Shown here in pieces: positions 1 to 9,869 of a DNA stretch of 64,000 bases. The notes under the pieces are model-generated. The model did no database searches. It was not told where the DNA came from and was given only the letters and a program-made list of their open reading frames with translations. The first letter of the stretch is position 1. Each line of letters opens with the position of its first letter. Location of the stretch: positions 480,001-544,000 of the forward strand of contig CAWJQU010000002.1 in the NCBI GenBank assembly GCA_963845145.1, written 5' to 3'. The DNA is from an uncultured delta proteobacterium. Its GTDB lineage: Bacteria; Desulfobacterota; Desulfobacteria; Desulfobacterales; QNYZ01. The translations under genes were made by a program, and so were the position numbers.

Positions 1-2
1 GC

Positions 3-1415
3 GGCAACCTGATCGTCTGTCAACCGGCCGAACCACCAGGGCTGGATCCCACCGGTAACACGGCCGCGGCCATTGATCGGGTTGTTTACGCCAATATTTA
101 TGAGGGATTGGTTAAGGTCAACAGCAAGGGCGAATTTATTCCCGGCTTGGCAACGAGTTGGGATGTCTCCCCCGACGGGAAGGTGGTTACATTTCACCTG
201 CGCAAAGGCGTTAAATTTCATAATGGTGAATCCTTCAATGCCCAAGTTGCCAAATGGAACCTCGAACGTGCCATGGGGGAGAAAACGGTCAACGCCCATC
301 CCGAGTATTTTAGAGGGATTACAAAAATTGAAACCCCGGACACCAACACCCTGCTTTTGACATTAACAGACGTGGACGCGCTCTTTATCGCCCATATGGC
401 GGAAGGCGATGCCGTCATGCTGCCCATGAAGGGATACGAAGAGGCCAAATCTAACCCCATCGGGACCGGCCCATTCAAGTTTGTTAAGTGGGTTCGCGGC
501 GACCATGTGGAAATGGCACGTTTCGACGGCTATTGGAATGCCGATTTACCCTACTTAGACAAAGCCATTTTCAAATTTATCGGCGATGCCAGCGCCCAAT
601 TGGCTGCTTTAAAAGCCGGTGATATCGATGTCATATCATCCATCGCCGCTCCGGAATCCGCCCAAACCTTGAGCAAAGATAAACGGTTCAAGGTCACTTT
701 CGGCACCTCCACGGGCGAAGTCATCATGTCCACCAACAATAAAGCCGAACCGTTCGATAACAAGCTTGTCCGGCAAGCCATGGCCTATGCCATCGACCGC
801 CAGGCGGTCGTGGATCTGGTAATGTTCGGCTACGGCACGCCCATCGGTTCCCATTGGTCGCCCGCTACGCCCTACTATACCGACCTGACCGGTAAATTCG
901 CGTATAATCCCGATAAAGCCAAAGAGCTATTAAAGCAAGCCGGTTATCCGGACGGTTTCAGTGCCACCATCAAACTTCCGGCCATTTACTCCTATTCCAA
1001 ACGCGCCGGTGAGGTGATTGCCGATATGCTGGGAAAAGTCGGCATTCAGCTGAAAGTCGAAATTGTCGAATGGGGGCAGTGGATCGAGCGTATTTTTAAA
1101 AAGAAAGAGTTCCAGCTGACCATGATCGGCCATGTGGAAGCATGGGATATCGGCATCTACGCCAAGCCCGACTACTACTTTCAATATGATTCCAAACAAT
1201 TCCAGGATACTTATGCCAAAGCCCTAAAGGCAGCCAGCGAAACAGAAAAGGCCGCACTGTTCGGCCAATGCCAGGAAATCATCGCCGAAGATGCGGTCAA
1301 CGGATACCTTTTTTCCGCACCGGCATTACGCGCCATGAAGGCCGATGTCATGGGCTTCTGGGAAAATGCACCGACAATCGCTCTGGACGTTACCCAGGTT
1401 TGGCGAAAAAAATAG
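3..1415 (+). CDS. ABC transporter substrate-binding protein, family 5 (DppA/OppA/NikA-like), 5' end outside window
   Basis: Frame is open from base 3 (GNLIVCQPAEPPGLDP...IYEGLV); family-5 motifs LATSWDVSPDG, FHLRKGVKFHNG, GTGPFKF, VRQAMAYAIDR. Confidence 0.93.
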   Translation, partial: GNLIVCQPAEPPGLDPTGNTAAAIDRVVYANIYEGLVKVNSKGEFIPGLATSWDVSPDGKVVTFHLRKGVKFHNGESFNAQVAKWNLERAMGEKTVNAHPEYFRGITKIETPDTNTLLLTLTDVDALFIAHMAEGDAVMLPMKGYEEAKSNPIGTGPFKFVKWVRGDHVEMARFDGYWNADLPYLDKAIFKFIGDASAQLAALKAGDIDVISSIAAPESAQTLSKDKRFKVTFGTSTGEVIMSTNNKAEPFDNKLVRQAMAYAIDRQAVVDLVMFGYGTPIGSHWSPATPYYTDLTGKFAYNPDKAKELLKQAGYPDGFSATIKLPAIYSYSKRAGEVIADMLGKVGIQLKVEIVEWGQWIERIFKKKEFQLTMIGHVEAWDIGIYAKPDYYFQYDSKQFQDTYAKALKAASETEKAALFGQCQEIIAEDAVNGYLFSAPALRAMKADVMGFWENAPTIALDVTQVWRKK

Positions 1416-1448
1416 GCCCTACAATCACAACAAGTTGAAGTTACCCTG

Positions 1449-1477
1449 ATGGCGCCCTGAATACTGTGGGGCGCCAT
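1449..1477 (+). terminator. Stem-loop between SBP and permease genes (partial terminator or mRNA stabiliser)
   Basis: ATGGCGCCC-N11-GGGCGCCAT followed by TTG. Confidence 0.5.
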
Positions 1478-1575
1478 TTGTCAAATTCTGTGGCGGCTGG
1501 TCTATTCGCATAACGTTAAGTGGTTTAATAATTGCGTTAGAATTTGGTAAACTCGAGAAAGATGCGAACGCTCCC

Positions 1576-2523
1576 ATGCATCGTTACCTGCTAAAAAACA
1601 TCACCATCCTTATCCTGCTTTTATTCGTGGTTTCCTTGACGGTTTTCGCCGTGCTCTTTATTCTTCCAGGCGACCCTGCTCAAATTATTTTAGGCATTAA
1701 CGCTACCCCGGAAACCCTGGCCAATCTTAGAGCCGAACTCGGTCTCGACAGGCCATTCTGGGTTCAATATGGCCAATGGATTACAGGCCTCTTTACCGGT
1801 CGGGGAAGTCGTTCCATCAACTACGACATGCCCGTCTCCACGCTGATCCTTTCGAGGCTGGCTGTTACCGGGCCGCTGGCCCTGATGGCCATGGTGTTTG
1901 CCGTGGTCATTTCGTTGCCCCTGGGGATTTATGCTGCTCGAAATCAGAATCGGCCGGGGGACCTAGCTGTCATGGCATTTACCCAATTGGGTCTGGCAAC
2001 ACCGGAGTTCTGGCTCGGGATTCTGTTAATTTTGCTTTTTGCCGTCCAATGGGGACTTTTTTCCGCCGGCGGGTTCCCCGGATGGAACATCAGTTTTTGG
2101 GGTTCGATGCAGGCCCTTATTTTACCGGCCTTTGCCCTGGGTGTAATCCGCGCTTCCATACTGACGCGACTCACCCGATCCTCCATGCTGGAAGTGCTTC
2201 GGGAAGATTATATTCGCACAGCACGTGCCAAAGGCTTAAAAGAACGAACCGTGGTGTATGTCCATGGTTTGAAAAACGCATTGGTACCGGTCCTCACCGT
2301 TCTCGGTCTACAACTGGGGCAATTGCTGGCCGGTGCCATTATTATCGAAAACGTTTACTATCTACCGGGGCTGGGTCGCCTGGTGTTCCAGGCTATCGGC
2401 CAACGCGATTTGCCGGTCGTCCGGGAGATCGTCGTATTTATGGCTGCGGCGGTCATTATTGTCAATTTTATCGTCGACCTTACCTATGCTTGGGTCGATC
2501 CTCGGTTTCGGAGAACGGGTTAA
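1576..2523 (+). CDS. Peptide/nickel ABC transporter permease (DppB-like)
   Basis: LPGDPA, LGLDRP, TRSSMLEVLREDYIRTARAKGL (EAA loop), GLGRL; multiple TM segments. Confidence 0.93.
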   Translation: MHRYLLKNITILILLLFVVSLTVFAVLFILPGDPAQIILGINATPETLANLRAELGLDRPFWVQYGQWITGLFTGRGSRSINYDMPVSTLILSRLAVTGPLALMAMVFAVVISLPLGIYAARNQNRPGDLAVMAFTQLGLATPEFWLGILLILLFAVQWGLFSAGGFPGWNISFWGSMQALILPAFALGVIRASILTRLTRSSMLEVLREDYIRTARAKGLKERTVVYVHGLKNALVPVLTVLGLQLGQLLAGAIIIENVYYLPGLGRLVFQAIGQRDLPVVREIVVFMAAAVIIVNFIVDLTYAWVDPRFRRTG

Positions 2524-2531
2524 TAAAAAAA

Positions 2532-3356
2532 ATGACCCATTTTTTTTCCAATAAAAATTTTCTCGTCGGATTTATTCTATCACTCGTAGTGATCGCTATG
2601 GCGGTGGTGAGTCTGGTCTGGACGCCTTATGAAGCCAATTCCATGAATGCCCCGCATCGACTCGAGTCTCCATCCTTAATGCATCCCCTGGGAACGGATC
2701 AGTATGGGCGCGATATATTGTCGAGGGTAATGGTGGGAGCGGTCAACTCTATTATCGTGGGCCTGGTTACCGTATCCATCGGCATGGGACTCGGTGTTTT
2801 TCTGGGGCTTGTCGCTGCCTACTATGGACGTGTTACGGATGAAGCCATTATGCGGTTTTCGGATTTATTGTTTGGATTTCCAGCGGTACTCACAGCGATA
2901 TTAATCACCTCTATCTTGGGGCCATCGGTCATTAATGCCATGTTTGCCATCGGTATCTTTTACATACCGATTTTTTCCCGGCTGACCAGAGCTGTTGCCA
3001 CCACCACCTGGAAAAAGGAATATGTGGCTGCAGCCAGGGCCTGCGGTAGAAGTGAAAGCGCTATTGTGTGGCGCCATATCATCCCGAACATTTCATCGCC
3101 TTTGCTTATTCAGGGAACCATCCAGTTTGCCGTGGCCATACTGGCCGAGGCCGGGCTGAGCTATCTGGGGTTGGGCACTCAACCGCCCCATCCTTCCTGG
3201 GGGCGCATGCTCTACGAAGCACAGACCTTTATGGAGTTGGCCCCCTGGATGGCCATCTTTCCCGGGGTGGCCATCGCGTTGGCGGTCCTGGGGTTTAATC
3301 TGCTGGGAGACGGCCTGCGGGACACCCTGGATCCGAAAATGGTGCGCCTGCGTTGA
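2532..3356 (+). CDS. Peptide/nickel ABC transporter permease (DppC-like)
   Basis: Start placed at ATG 2532 (MTHFFSNK); HPLGTDQYGRDILSR, EAGLSYLGLG, SWGRML, NLLGDGLRD. Confidence 0.93.
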   Translation: MTHFFSNKNFLVGFILSLVVIAMAVVSLVWTPYEANSMNAPHRLESPSLMHPLGTDQYGRDILSRVMVGAVNSIIVGLVTVSIGMGLGVFLGLVAAYYGRVTDEAIMRFSDLLFGFPAVLTAILITSILGPSVINAMFAIGIFYIPIFSRLTRAVATTTWKKEYVAAARACGRSESAIVWRHIIPNISSPLLIQGTIQFAVAILAEAGLSYLGLGTQPPHPSWGRMLYEAQTFMELAPWMAIFPGVAIALAVLGFNLLGDGLRDTLDPKMVRLR

Positions 3357-3422
3357 GACCGTAAATCGCTTTAAGAACAAAACCGAATGAACTCTCCAAC
3401 GCGTTGGTCAATATAAAAAAGC

Positions 3423-3457
3423 AAAGGCCCGAAATGTTGTAGACACTTCGGGCCTTT
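3423..3457. terminator. Probable bidirectional intrinsic terminator between convergent ABC operons
   Basis: AAAGGCCCGAA...TTCGGGCCTTT stem with A-run on the left side. Confidence 0.75.
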
Positions 3458-3489
3458 AGTCACTGAATTCGGTAAAGGGCTAAAACGGG

Positions 3490-4203
3490 TTAGCTTTCAC
3501 CCATATAGGCTTTTCTCACCATCTCATTTTCGTTTAAGTTTTCCGATGTATCCGCCAACAGAATAACGCCTGTCTGAAGTACATAACCTCGGTTGGCAAT
3601 ACCCAGCGCCATCCTGGCATTTTGTTCCACCAGCAAGATGGTGGTTCCGGCATCATTTAACTTCTTGATGGTCTCAAAAATGACATCCACCAGCACCGGC
3701 GCCAGGCCCATGGAGGGCTCGTCCAAAAGTAGAATTTTTGGATCCGTCATCATAGCACGACCCATGGCCAACATTTGCTGTTCACCGCCGCTCAATGTAC
3801 CGGCAACCTGGCGACTTCGCTCTTTTAAGCGGGGGAAGAGGGTGAAAACCCGTTCGATATTTTCTTTGATCAATTTTTTACTACGACAAGTAAAACCGCC
3901 CATGTCGAGATTTTCCGTGACCGTTAATTGACCGAATATCCGCCGCCCTTCAGGGACCTGGACCACACCTTCGGTCACAATTTTATGCGCCGGCATCTCG
4001 GTGATATCTTTACCCTCTAAGCGTACATAGCCCTCTTGGGGTCTTAACAACCCACTGATGGTTTTAAGCGTCGTGCTTTTACCGGCGCCGTTGCCCCCGA
4101 TCAGGGTAACAATTTCCCCCTTATCAACGGTGATGGACACATCCTTTAAGGCTTGAATTTTGCCATAATATGCATGCACATTCTCGACTTCGAGCATTGC
4201 CAT
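3490..4203 (-). CDS. livF: Branched-chain amino acid ABC transporter ATP-binding protein
   Basis: Walker A GGNGAGKST, VPEGRRIF, LSGGEQQML, LLLDEPSMGLAP, VRKAYMG. Confidence 0.93.
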   Translation of the reverse strand: MAMLEVENVHAYYGKIQALKDVSITVDKGEIVTLIGGNGAGKSTTLKTISGLLRPQEGYVRLEGKDITEMPAHKIVTEGVVQVPEGRRIFGQLTVTENLDMGGFTCRSKKLIKENIERVFTLFPRLKERSRQVAGTLSGGEQQMLAMGRAMMTDPKILLLDEPSMGLAPVLVDVIFETIKKLNDAGTTILLVEQNARMALGIANRGYVLQTGVILLADTSENLNENEMVRKAYMGES

Positions 4204-4247
4204 TCGCGTGTACCTCGTGAAATTTTTAAATCATTGTAAATAAGGGC

Positions 4248-5030
4248 TTATTGGGCTTCCGCCGCGCTTCCCTTTCCCAGGTAAGCTTCAATGACGGTGG
4301 CGTTGGACTTGATCTCGTCAGGGAGCCCTTCGGCAATCTTCTTACCATAATCCAACACGGTGATCATTTCTGAAATACCCATGACCACCCGCATCTGGTG
4401 CTCAATCAATATGATGGTGATGCCCATCTCGTCTCTTAAATGCAGGATAAAGTCACACATTGACTGGGTTTCACTGGGATTCATACCAGCGGTCGGTTCA
4501 TCTAACAGCAAAATTTTGGGGCGGGCGGCCAAAGCCCGGGCTATTTCCAGTCGCCGTTGCTCGCCATAGGGAAAATTTTTAGCCATCAAATCGCCTTTCC
4601 CATTCATGTTGATTAAATCGAGAAGCGCCAAGGCCTCCTCGGAAGCTTTCGCTTCTTCCCGCCGGGTTCGGGGCAAGCCAAAAATGGCACCAAAAAGCCC
4701 CGATTTCAGATGGCTGTGGCCTCCGACCATGATATTTTCCTTGGCGGTCAGGTTGGAAAACAACCTGATATTTTGATATGTTCGCGCAATCCCCATTTTG
4801 ACGATGCGATCCGGAAGCCTCCCTACAAGTGATTGCTCCCCCAACCGCACTGACCCTTCTTCCGGTTTATAAAAACCGGTAACGCAATTGAACAACGTCG
4901 TTTTCCCGGCGCCATTGGGCCCGATAACGCTGTGGATGCTGTTTTCCTCAATACTGATATCCAAAGAGTCCACAGCCACCAGCCCGCCGAAACGCTTTGT
5001 CATTTTGTTGGTTGTAAGAATAGCAGACAT
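4248..5030 (-). CDS. livG: Branched-chain amino acid ABC transporter ATP-binding protein
   Basis: FGGLVAV, GPNGAGKTT, PYGEQRRLEIARALA, LLLDEPTAG, VIEAYLG. Confidence 0.93.
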   Translation of the reverse strand: MSAILTTNKMTKRFGGLVAVDSLDISIEENSIHSVIGPNGAGKTTLFNCVTGFYKPEEGSVRLGEQSLVGRLPDRIVKMGIARTYQNIRLFSNLTAKENIMVGGHSHLKSGLFGAIFGLPRTRREEAKASEEALALLDLINMNGKGDLMAKNFPYGEQRRLEIARALAARPKILLLDEPTAGMNPSETQSMCDFILHLRDEMGITIILIEHQMRVVMGISEMITVLDYGKKIAEGLPDEIKSNATVIEAYLGKGSAAEAQ

Positions 5031-5050
5031 TTCGTTTCCTTTTCGAAGTC

Positions 5051-6739
5051 TTAAGTCACTGCCGATACTTGCGGTTCCTCGGTGGCAGCATCGTCCTCAT
5101 GCAACTCCATCTTGTGCCGAGCTTCCGGCCATAAACCTTCGGGCCGAAGCAGCATCATGGCCACCAGGGCCGCACCGTAAACAAACATGCGGTACTCGGC
5201 AAACTCTCGAAGCAATTCCGGTAACCCCACCAGTGCGGCAGCACCGACGATGACCCCTGGAATGCTACCCATACCGCCGACGATGATGAGGCAGATTATG
5301 TTGATGGAAATGAAAACACTGAAACTGTGGGGATACACCGAACCCAACTTGGCCGAAAAAATCGCACCGCTCAAGGCTGAGAAGCCGGCCCCGCTGGCAA
5401 AGGCCATCAATTTGGTCGCCACCAGGTTGATTCCCATGGCCTGGGCAACGTCCTCGTCTTCACGCATGGCCATCCAGGCTCTTCCCAAGCGCGAATCCTT
5501 CAACCTTATGGAAATAAATATCACCAGTAAACAGCCGGCCAATATGAGATAGTAATAATGTTGTGGCTGGGTAAACGTGAAGCCAAGTACTTCCGGTTTG
5601 CCTATTTTATTGAGTCCCTGGGCACCTCCCAGCCAGGGTCTCAGGGCATCGGAAAGGACGAGAACACGAATAATTTCACCAAAACCCAAAGTGGCGATAG
5701 CTAGATAATCCCCCCTCATTTTCAATACCGGTATACCCAACATAACCCCGAAGCCAATGCCTATTATAATGGCAATCGGCAAGGCCTGCCAGAAACTGAA
5801 ACTGAAAAAGCCGAGTTCAGGCGATGTTAATATAGCGGTCACATAAGAGCCGATGGCAAAAAAGGCCACATAGCCGAGATCCAGCATGCCGGCATACCCA
5901 ACAACGATATTGAGACCAAGTCCCAGCAACACGTACAAACCGACGATCGTCAACACCTCGCTTAAGAACAGCCCGACAACCTGGGGCAATATAAGCAATA
6001 CGAAAGCCAGCACTAAAAAACCGCCGATCTTAATTCCCTTCTGGGTCCCACCGGAAAAATTTTGATAATTATTTTTTACATCGTCGCCTTTAAGGCTCCA
6101 TAAGGTCATTAATATGCCGATGACCACAACAAGTGTGATTGCCCCTGCACTGGTCAGCCCGTTTGCGGCGAATAAAAAATCGCTGAAAGTGGCGAGCGGG
6201 CCCCAAGCCAGCAAAATAGGACGAACGAGATCCTGCAACACCCCCACACCCACCATACTGCATACGGCTGTTATGGTAATCCGCCGAACCGACGCTGGAA
6301 CGGCAAAAAGGATAGCCGCAAAAACACCGCAAAAAAGGCCGATACAAAGAATAATCAATAGACCAAACAGGCTGTCGGGATGCCCCAATGTCAGCGCCCG
6401 GTAGAGCATGGGCGAGGCATTGACGAGAACCGCCCGTAAATTGATCATTTTTCCGATGAGGATCAGAAAGACAAGAAACAGTGAGGTCGTCAGGCTGGCG
6501 ATGATGGCGTTTATACATTGGGTCAATAGGTCCGGTACGGTTGTCCGCTTAGCGGCCAAATATCCCATCATAATGCCCGTTATCAGCAGCAAAGTGTGCC
6601 CCATGGCGATCATCTCGTAAACAATATCGCGTCGGTTGAACGACTCCACCATGCCGACCAATGCGATGATCAGTACGGCCACGCCACCGATGATGCCGGT
6701 TTTAACCCCGTGGTTCCAAAATGAACGTGATTGTGTCAT
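5051..6739 (-). CDS. livM: Branched-chain amino acid ABC permease with long N-terminal multi-TM extension
   Basis: C-terminal LGLNIVVGYAGMLDLGYVAF, RGDYLAIATLGFGEIIR, GRAWMAMREDE; about 230 extra hydrophobic N-terminal residues. Confidence 0.88.
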   Translation of the reverse strand: MTQSRSFWNHGVKTGIIGGVAVLIIALVGMVESFNRRDIVYEMIAMGHTLLLITGIMMGYLAAKRTTVPDLLTQCINAIIASLTTSLFLVFLILIGKMINLRAVLVNASPMLYRALTLGHPDSLFGLLIILCIGLFCGVFAAILFAVPASVRRITITAVCSMVGVGVLQDLVRPILLAWGPLATFSDFLFAANGLTSAGAITLVVVIGILMTLWSLKGDDVKNNYQNFSGGTQKGIKIGGFLVLAFVLLILPQVVGLFLSEVLTIVGLYVLLGLGLNIVVGYAGMLDLGYVAFFAIGSYVTAILTSPELGFFSFSFWQALPIAIIIGIGFGVMLGIPVLKMRGDYLAIATLGFGEIIRVLVLSDALRPWLGGAQGLNKIGKPEVLGFTFTQPQHYYYLILAGCLLVIFISIRLKDSRLGRAWMAMREDEDVAQAMGINLVATKLMAFASGAGFSALSGAIFSAKLGSVYPHSFSVFISINIICLIIVGGMGSIPGVIVGAAALVGLPELLREFAEYRMFVYGAALVAMMLLRPEGLWPEARHKMELHEDDAATEEPQVSAVT

Positions 6740-6774
6740 GCCGTGTATTATCCCTTTTTTAATGGCTTCAAGTG

Positions 6775-7836
6775 TTAAGCCTTTTTGCTAGCCAACCGCT
6801 CGCCCATAATACCTGTAGGTCTGAAAATGAGAACCAGCACAAGCATGGTAAACGCAATGGCGTCTTTTAGTTGGTAAGGTGCGGGAATTCCCAAACCATC
6901 CAGAAAAAGACTCGGGCCCACCGATTCGATCAGGCCGAGAAAAATGCCACCCAGCATGGCACCGGGAATGTTTCCGATGCCACCCAGCACGGCGGCGGTA
7001 AACGCTTTAATCCCCGGTATGAAACCCATGAAAAAATGCACTTGCTTGAACATCAAGGCATAGAGAACACCAGCCCCGCCGGCAGCCATGCCCCCGATGA
7101 TAAAGGTCGTGGAGATCATGCCATCCACGTTGATCCCCATCAATGCGGACGCTTCCTTATCCTCGGAAACAGCCCGAATGGCTTTGCCGACCCGAGTCAG
7201 CATAATGAAGCTGTACAGTGCCACCATGAGCAGAACAGCAGCGACAATAACCACTAACTGAAACTTGAGGATGCGGACGCCGAAAATCACCCATTGTCCT
7301 TCCAGGATTCTAATAACCGGATACGCCTGATAACCGGACCCATAAAGACCGCGAAACAGGTATTGTAAAAAGAAGGAAGCGCCAATGGCCGTAATCAGTG
7401 GGATCAGGCGAGGCGCGCCGCGTAGCGGCCGGTAGGCGATCTTTTCCAGGAAATAGGCAATAAAAGTGGAGATAGACATGGCGACAATAAAAATGACCAA
7501 TAACGCCAAAAAAGGGTGTGCATCTAGAAAATCGGTGCGGTACATGGCATCAGCCACAAAATAGGCGGTAAACGGTCCGCTCATAAATACTTCACCGTGG
7601 GCGAAATTGATCATTCTTAAAACACCGTAAACCATGGTGTACCCGGTGGCGATGAGGGCATAAATACTACCCTGGGCCAGACCGAAGATGACAAAATCGA
7701 TCCAATGACGACCGGTGTATTTACCCGCGGCCAGAGTGGCAATGGATCCCCAGAGAATCATGATGAGCAGCGTGCCGCCGATCAGCCACATCACCACATC
7801 CGTGGGTGTTATACTCTCTTTCCAGCGCTGAAACAT
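6775..7836 (-). CDS. livH: Branched-chain amino acid ABC permease
   Basis: GSIYALIATGYTMVYGVLRMINFAHGE, KAFTAAVLGGIG, RPTGIMG; start placed at ATG after GGAGGA. Confidence 0.92.
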   Translation of the reverse strand: MFQRWKESITPTDVVMWLIGGTLLIMILWGSIATLAAGKYTGRHWIDFVIFGLAQGSIYALIATGYTMVYGVLRMINFAHGEVFMSGPFTAYFVADAMYRTDFLDAHPFLALLVIFIVAMSISTFIAYFLEKIAYRPLRGAPRLIPLITAIGASFFLQYLFRGLYGSGYQAYPVIRILEGQWVIFGVRILKFQLVVIVAAVLLMVALYSFIMLTRVGKAIRAVSEDKEASALMGINVDGMISTTFIIGGMAAGGAGVLYALMFKQVHFFMGFIPGIKAFTAAVLGGIGNIPGAMLGGIFLGLIESVGPSLFLDGLGIPAPYQLKDAIAFTMLVLVLIFRPTGIMGERLASKKA

Positions 7837-7961
7837 AGTTTCCTCCATCCCCCCAGTGGTATGAATGCTCACGTAAGGGTAGAATTACCATCCAGGGAGA
7901 GGCTAAAGATCTTAGGGTTTATAATAAGAATCGCCAAGGCGACCCATCGTTTCCCTGAGCG

Positions 7962-7995
7962 AAAAACCCGGTCTCTTTCGAGACCGGGTTTTTTT
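7962..7995 (-). terminator. Strong hairpin with T-tail downstream of the binding-protein gene
   Basis: AAAAACCCGGTCTC-tttc-GAGACCGGGTTTTT, perfect 14-bp stem. Confidence 0.8.
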
Positions 7996-8003
7996 CGGAT
8001 TGA

Positions 8004-9221
8004 TTAATAAGGTTTCCAGAACGGAACGGTCGGCATTACGCCTTTTTTAACATTCTCCATTGTGGTTTCATAAACGGCAATACGCGGATCAGCACAGTCA
8101 CCAAACTCATTACAGGTGATGGTACCGGTAACACCCTTATAATCCTTGGTGGCGAACAGCTCATCTCTTAATTTCATGCGATCGATGGTCAACGAGCCAT
8201 CATCGTGCTCTACGGCGACCTTATCAACGGCTTTCAAGATCATCATAGCGGCATCATAGGCATGGCCATGAAACGGTGCGATAGGTGCCTCACCGTATTT
8301 TTCCTGATGCGCTTTCAGGAATTCCTGGTATTCGGCCGGGAAGGCTGAGAAATCAGGGCTGGAATGATACATGCCCACCGCCGCTTCGCCGGCAGCTTTA
8401 TAAAAATCCGGAGAAAAGATACCATCAGCGCCCATGAGCTTGACATCTTCCAGACCGGCAACTTCTTTGGACTGACGCGTCACGTGCCCACCCTCGGCAA
8501 TAAAGATCGGAAGATAGATAAATTCCGGTTTACCGGTGGAGATGGAGGTCAGAACCGGGCGCATATCCGTATCACCTGCGCCAACAGCCTCTGCGGCCGT
8601 AATGGTTCCACCCAGCTTCTTGAATTTTTCAGCAAAAACCATTGCCAGACTTTCGGCATAGACACTGCCATCATGAATGGTGGCGGCTTTTTTAACTTTA
8701 AGCGTATTGAATGCAAATTCGGCAGCCACGGCACCCTGAACCGAATCATTGTGACAGGTACGCAGGTAGCCATTGAATTCTTCACCGCGATCAGGAGCCG
8801 TTAGAAACGGGGCTGTATTGGACGGTGAAATGTTGGGAATGCCGGCATTCCAAAGGATCGGAACACCCGGTTTGGCGGCACTGGAGCAGTTGGAACCGAT
8901 GGCGCCAACGACGGTGGGATCGGAAGCAATCTTGGATGCTGCCGCTTGACCGCCTTCGGGGTTACACAATTCGTCCTGGCCACTAATTTTAATCGGATGA
9001 CCTTTAATATTACCACCAAACTTATCGGCAGCAATTTCAACACCGCGAGAGGTGTCCGTGCCTAAAGAGGTGTTGGCCCCTGAGATAACAAACCAATAGG
9101 CGATGTGAACCGGCTCGCCTTTTCTAAGCTTAACGACACCTTTGTCCATGGCCAGCGCAGGTAACGCGGTTAGCCCGAAAATGACACCAAAAATAACGAA
9201 AAGAGTTAAAAAACGTTTCAT
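8004..9221 (-). CDS. livK: Branched-chain amino acid ABC substrate-binding protein (LivK/LivJ family)
   Basis: Signal peptide; DELCNPEGG, GSNCSSAA, ISPSNTAP, HAYDAAMMI, GVTGTIT; AAGGAGG RBS. Confidence 0.9.
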   Translation of the reverse strand: MKRFLTLFVIFGVIFGLTALPALAMDKGVVKLRKGEPVHIAYWFVISGANTSLGTDTSRGVEIAADKFGGNIKGHPIKISGQDELCNPEGGQAAASKIASDPTVVGAIGSNCSSAAKPGVPILWNAGIPNISPSNTAPFLTAPDRGEEFNGYLRTCHNDSVQGAVAAEFAFNTLKVKKAATIHDGSVYAESLAMVFAEKFKKLGGTITAAEAVGAGDTDMRPVLTSISTGKPEFIYLPIFIAEGGHVTRQSKEVAGLEDVKLMGADGIFSPDFYKAAGEAAVGMYHSSPDFSAFPAEYQEFLKAHQEKYGEAPIAPFHGHAYDAAMMILKAVDKVAVEHDDGSLTIDRMKLRDELFATKDYKGVTGTITCNEFGDCADPRIAVYETTMENVKKGVMPTVPFWKPY

Positions 9222-9323
9222 TTGTGTTCCTCCTTGTTAATGATGAACGAATGCTGCATGAAAAAAGTACGACGACAGGTCTACGCCTATATTAGATGCC
9301 GATCACCTCCTTCTGGTCTTACC

Positions 9324-9368
9324 AGATCTAGTTTTCCGATCTGGTCTTTCCAATCTGGTCTTTCCAAT
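9324..9368. repeat. 14-bp tandem repeat, about 3 copies (ATCTGGTCTTTCCA)
   Basis: atctagttttccg-atctggtctttcca-atctggtctttcca in the livK upstream region. Confidence 0.75.
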
Positions 9369-9577
9369 TGATTATCGTCATAGGTCGACTCAGATAAAGT
9401 AAAAGTTGCAACCTTTTGTCAAGAGTATTGTCAAAAAGACCCGGTGATGAACCACCTTCACATTGGCCCGGTTTTACATCAATCCGAGCAGTCCCATACC
9501 CAATGCAACACTCCCCATTGAACGATTTCGATCACTCCTTGGAAAGACCCACGAAATGATCGTCTTAGACAGTATGA

Positions 9578-9592
9578 GCAAGAACCTTGCCA
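9578..9592 (-). promoter_or_regulatory. Sigma-54 (-24/-12) promoter for the liv operon
   Basis: Minus strand TGGCAAGGTTCTTGC = TGGCA-N6-TTGC with exact GG-N10-GC spacing. Confidence 0.75.
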
Positions 9593-9720
9593 ACGAACCC
9601 AACCAACAGATCCAAATGGGTCGTTTAAATCATATGGGCCGTATTACATGAATAAACTGAAATATTATCACCCAAAGGGAGCGGATATTCGTTTGTTAAA
9701 GCCGTAAAGTCAGAGAAAAG

Positions 9721-9772
9721 TGCCACCTGGGTTACACAAATGCATGCCCCCAAAACTGTAACCCCTTATACA
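9721..9772. promoter_or_regulatory. Putative enhancer-binding-protein sites (two TGY-N10-ACA boxes)
   Basis: TGCCACCTGGGTTACA (9721-9736) and TGTAACCCCTTATACA (9757-9772), 130-180 bp upstream of the sigma-54 promoter. Confidence 0.5.
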
Positions 9773-9869
9773 CATCAATTAAAAAATAATCAGAAAGTAT
9801 CGTGGCCGCAGAATTCGGGAATTCGCTAAAAGCGAGCTGCGCATTCATCCTCACAGAACAGTGCAACGG

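Noticed and set aside
1776..2531. 526-aa ORF suggesting a long permease
   Set aside because: The 5' part is an off-frame overlap with the preceding permease; the real gene starts at ATG 2532
3..3356. Peptide ABC operon lacking ATPase genes
   Set aside because: The operon start is outside the window, so ATPases may lie upstream
9301..9314. 16S rRNA 3' fragment (GATCACCTCCTT)
   Set aside because: Match is only about 12-14 nt with no flanking rRNA sequence
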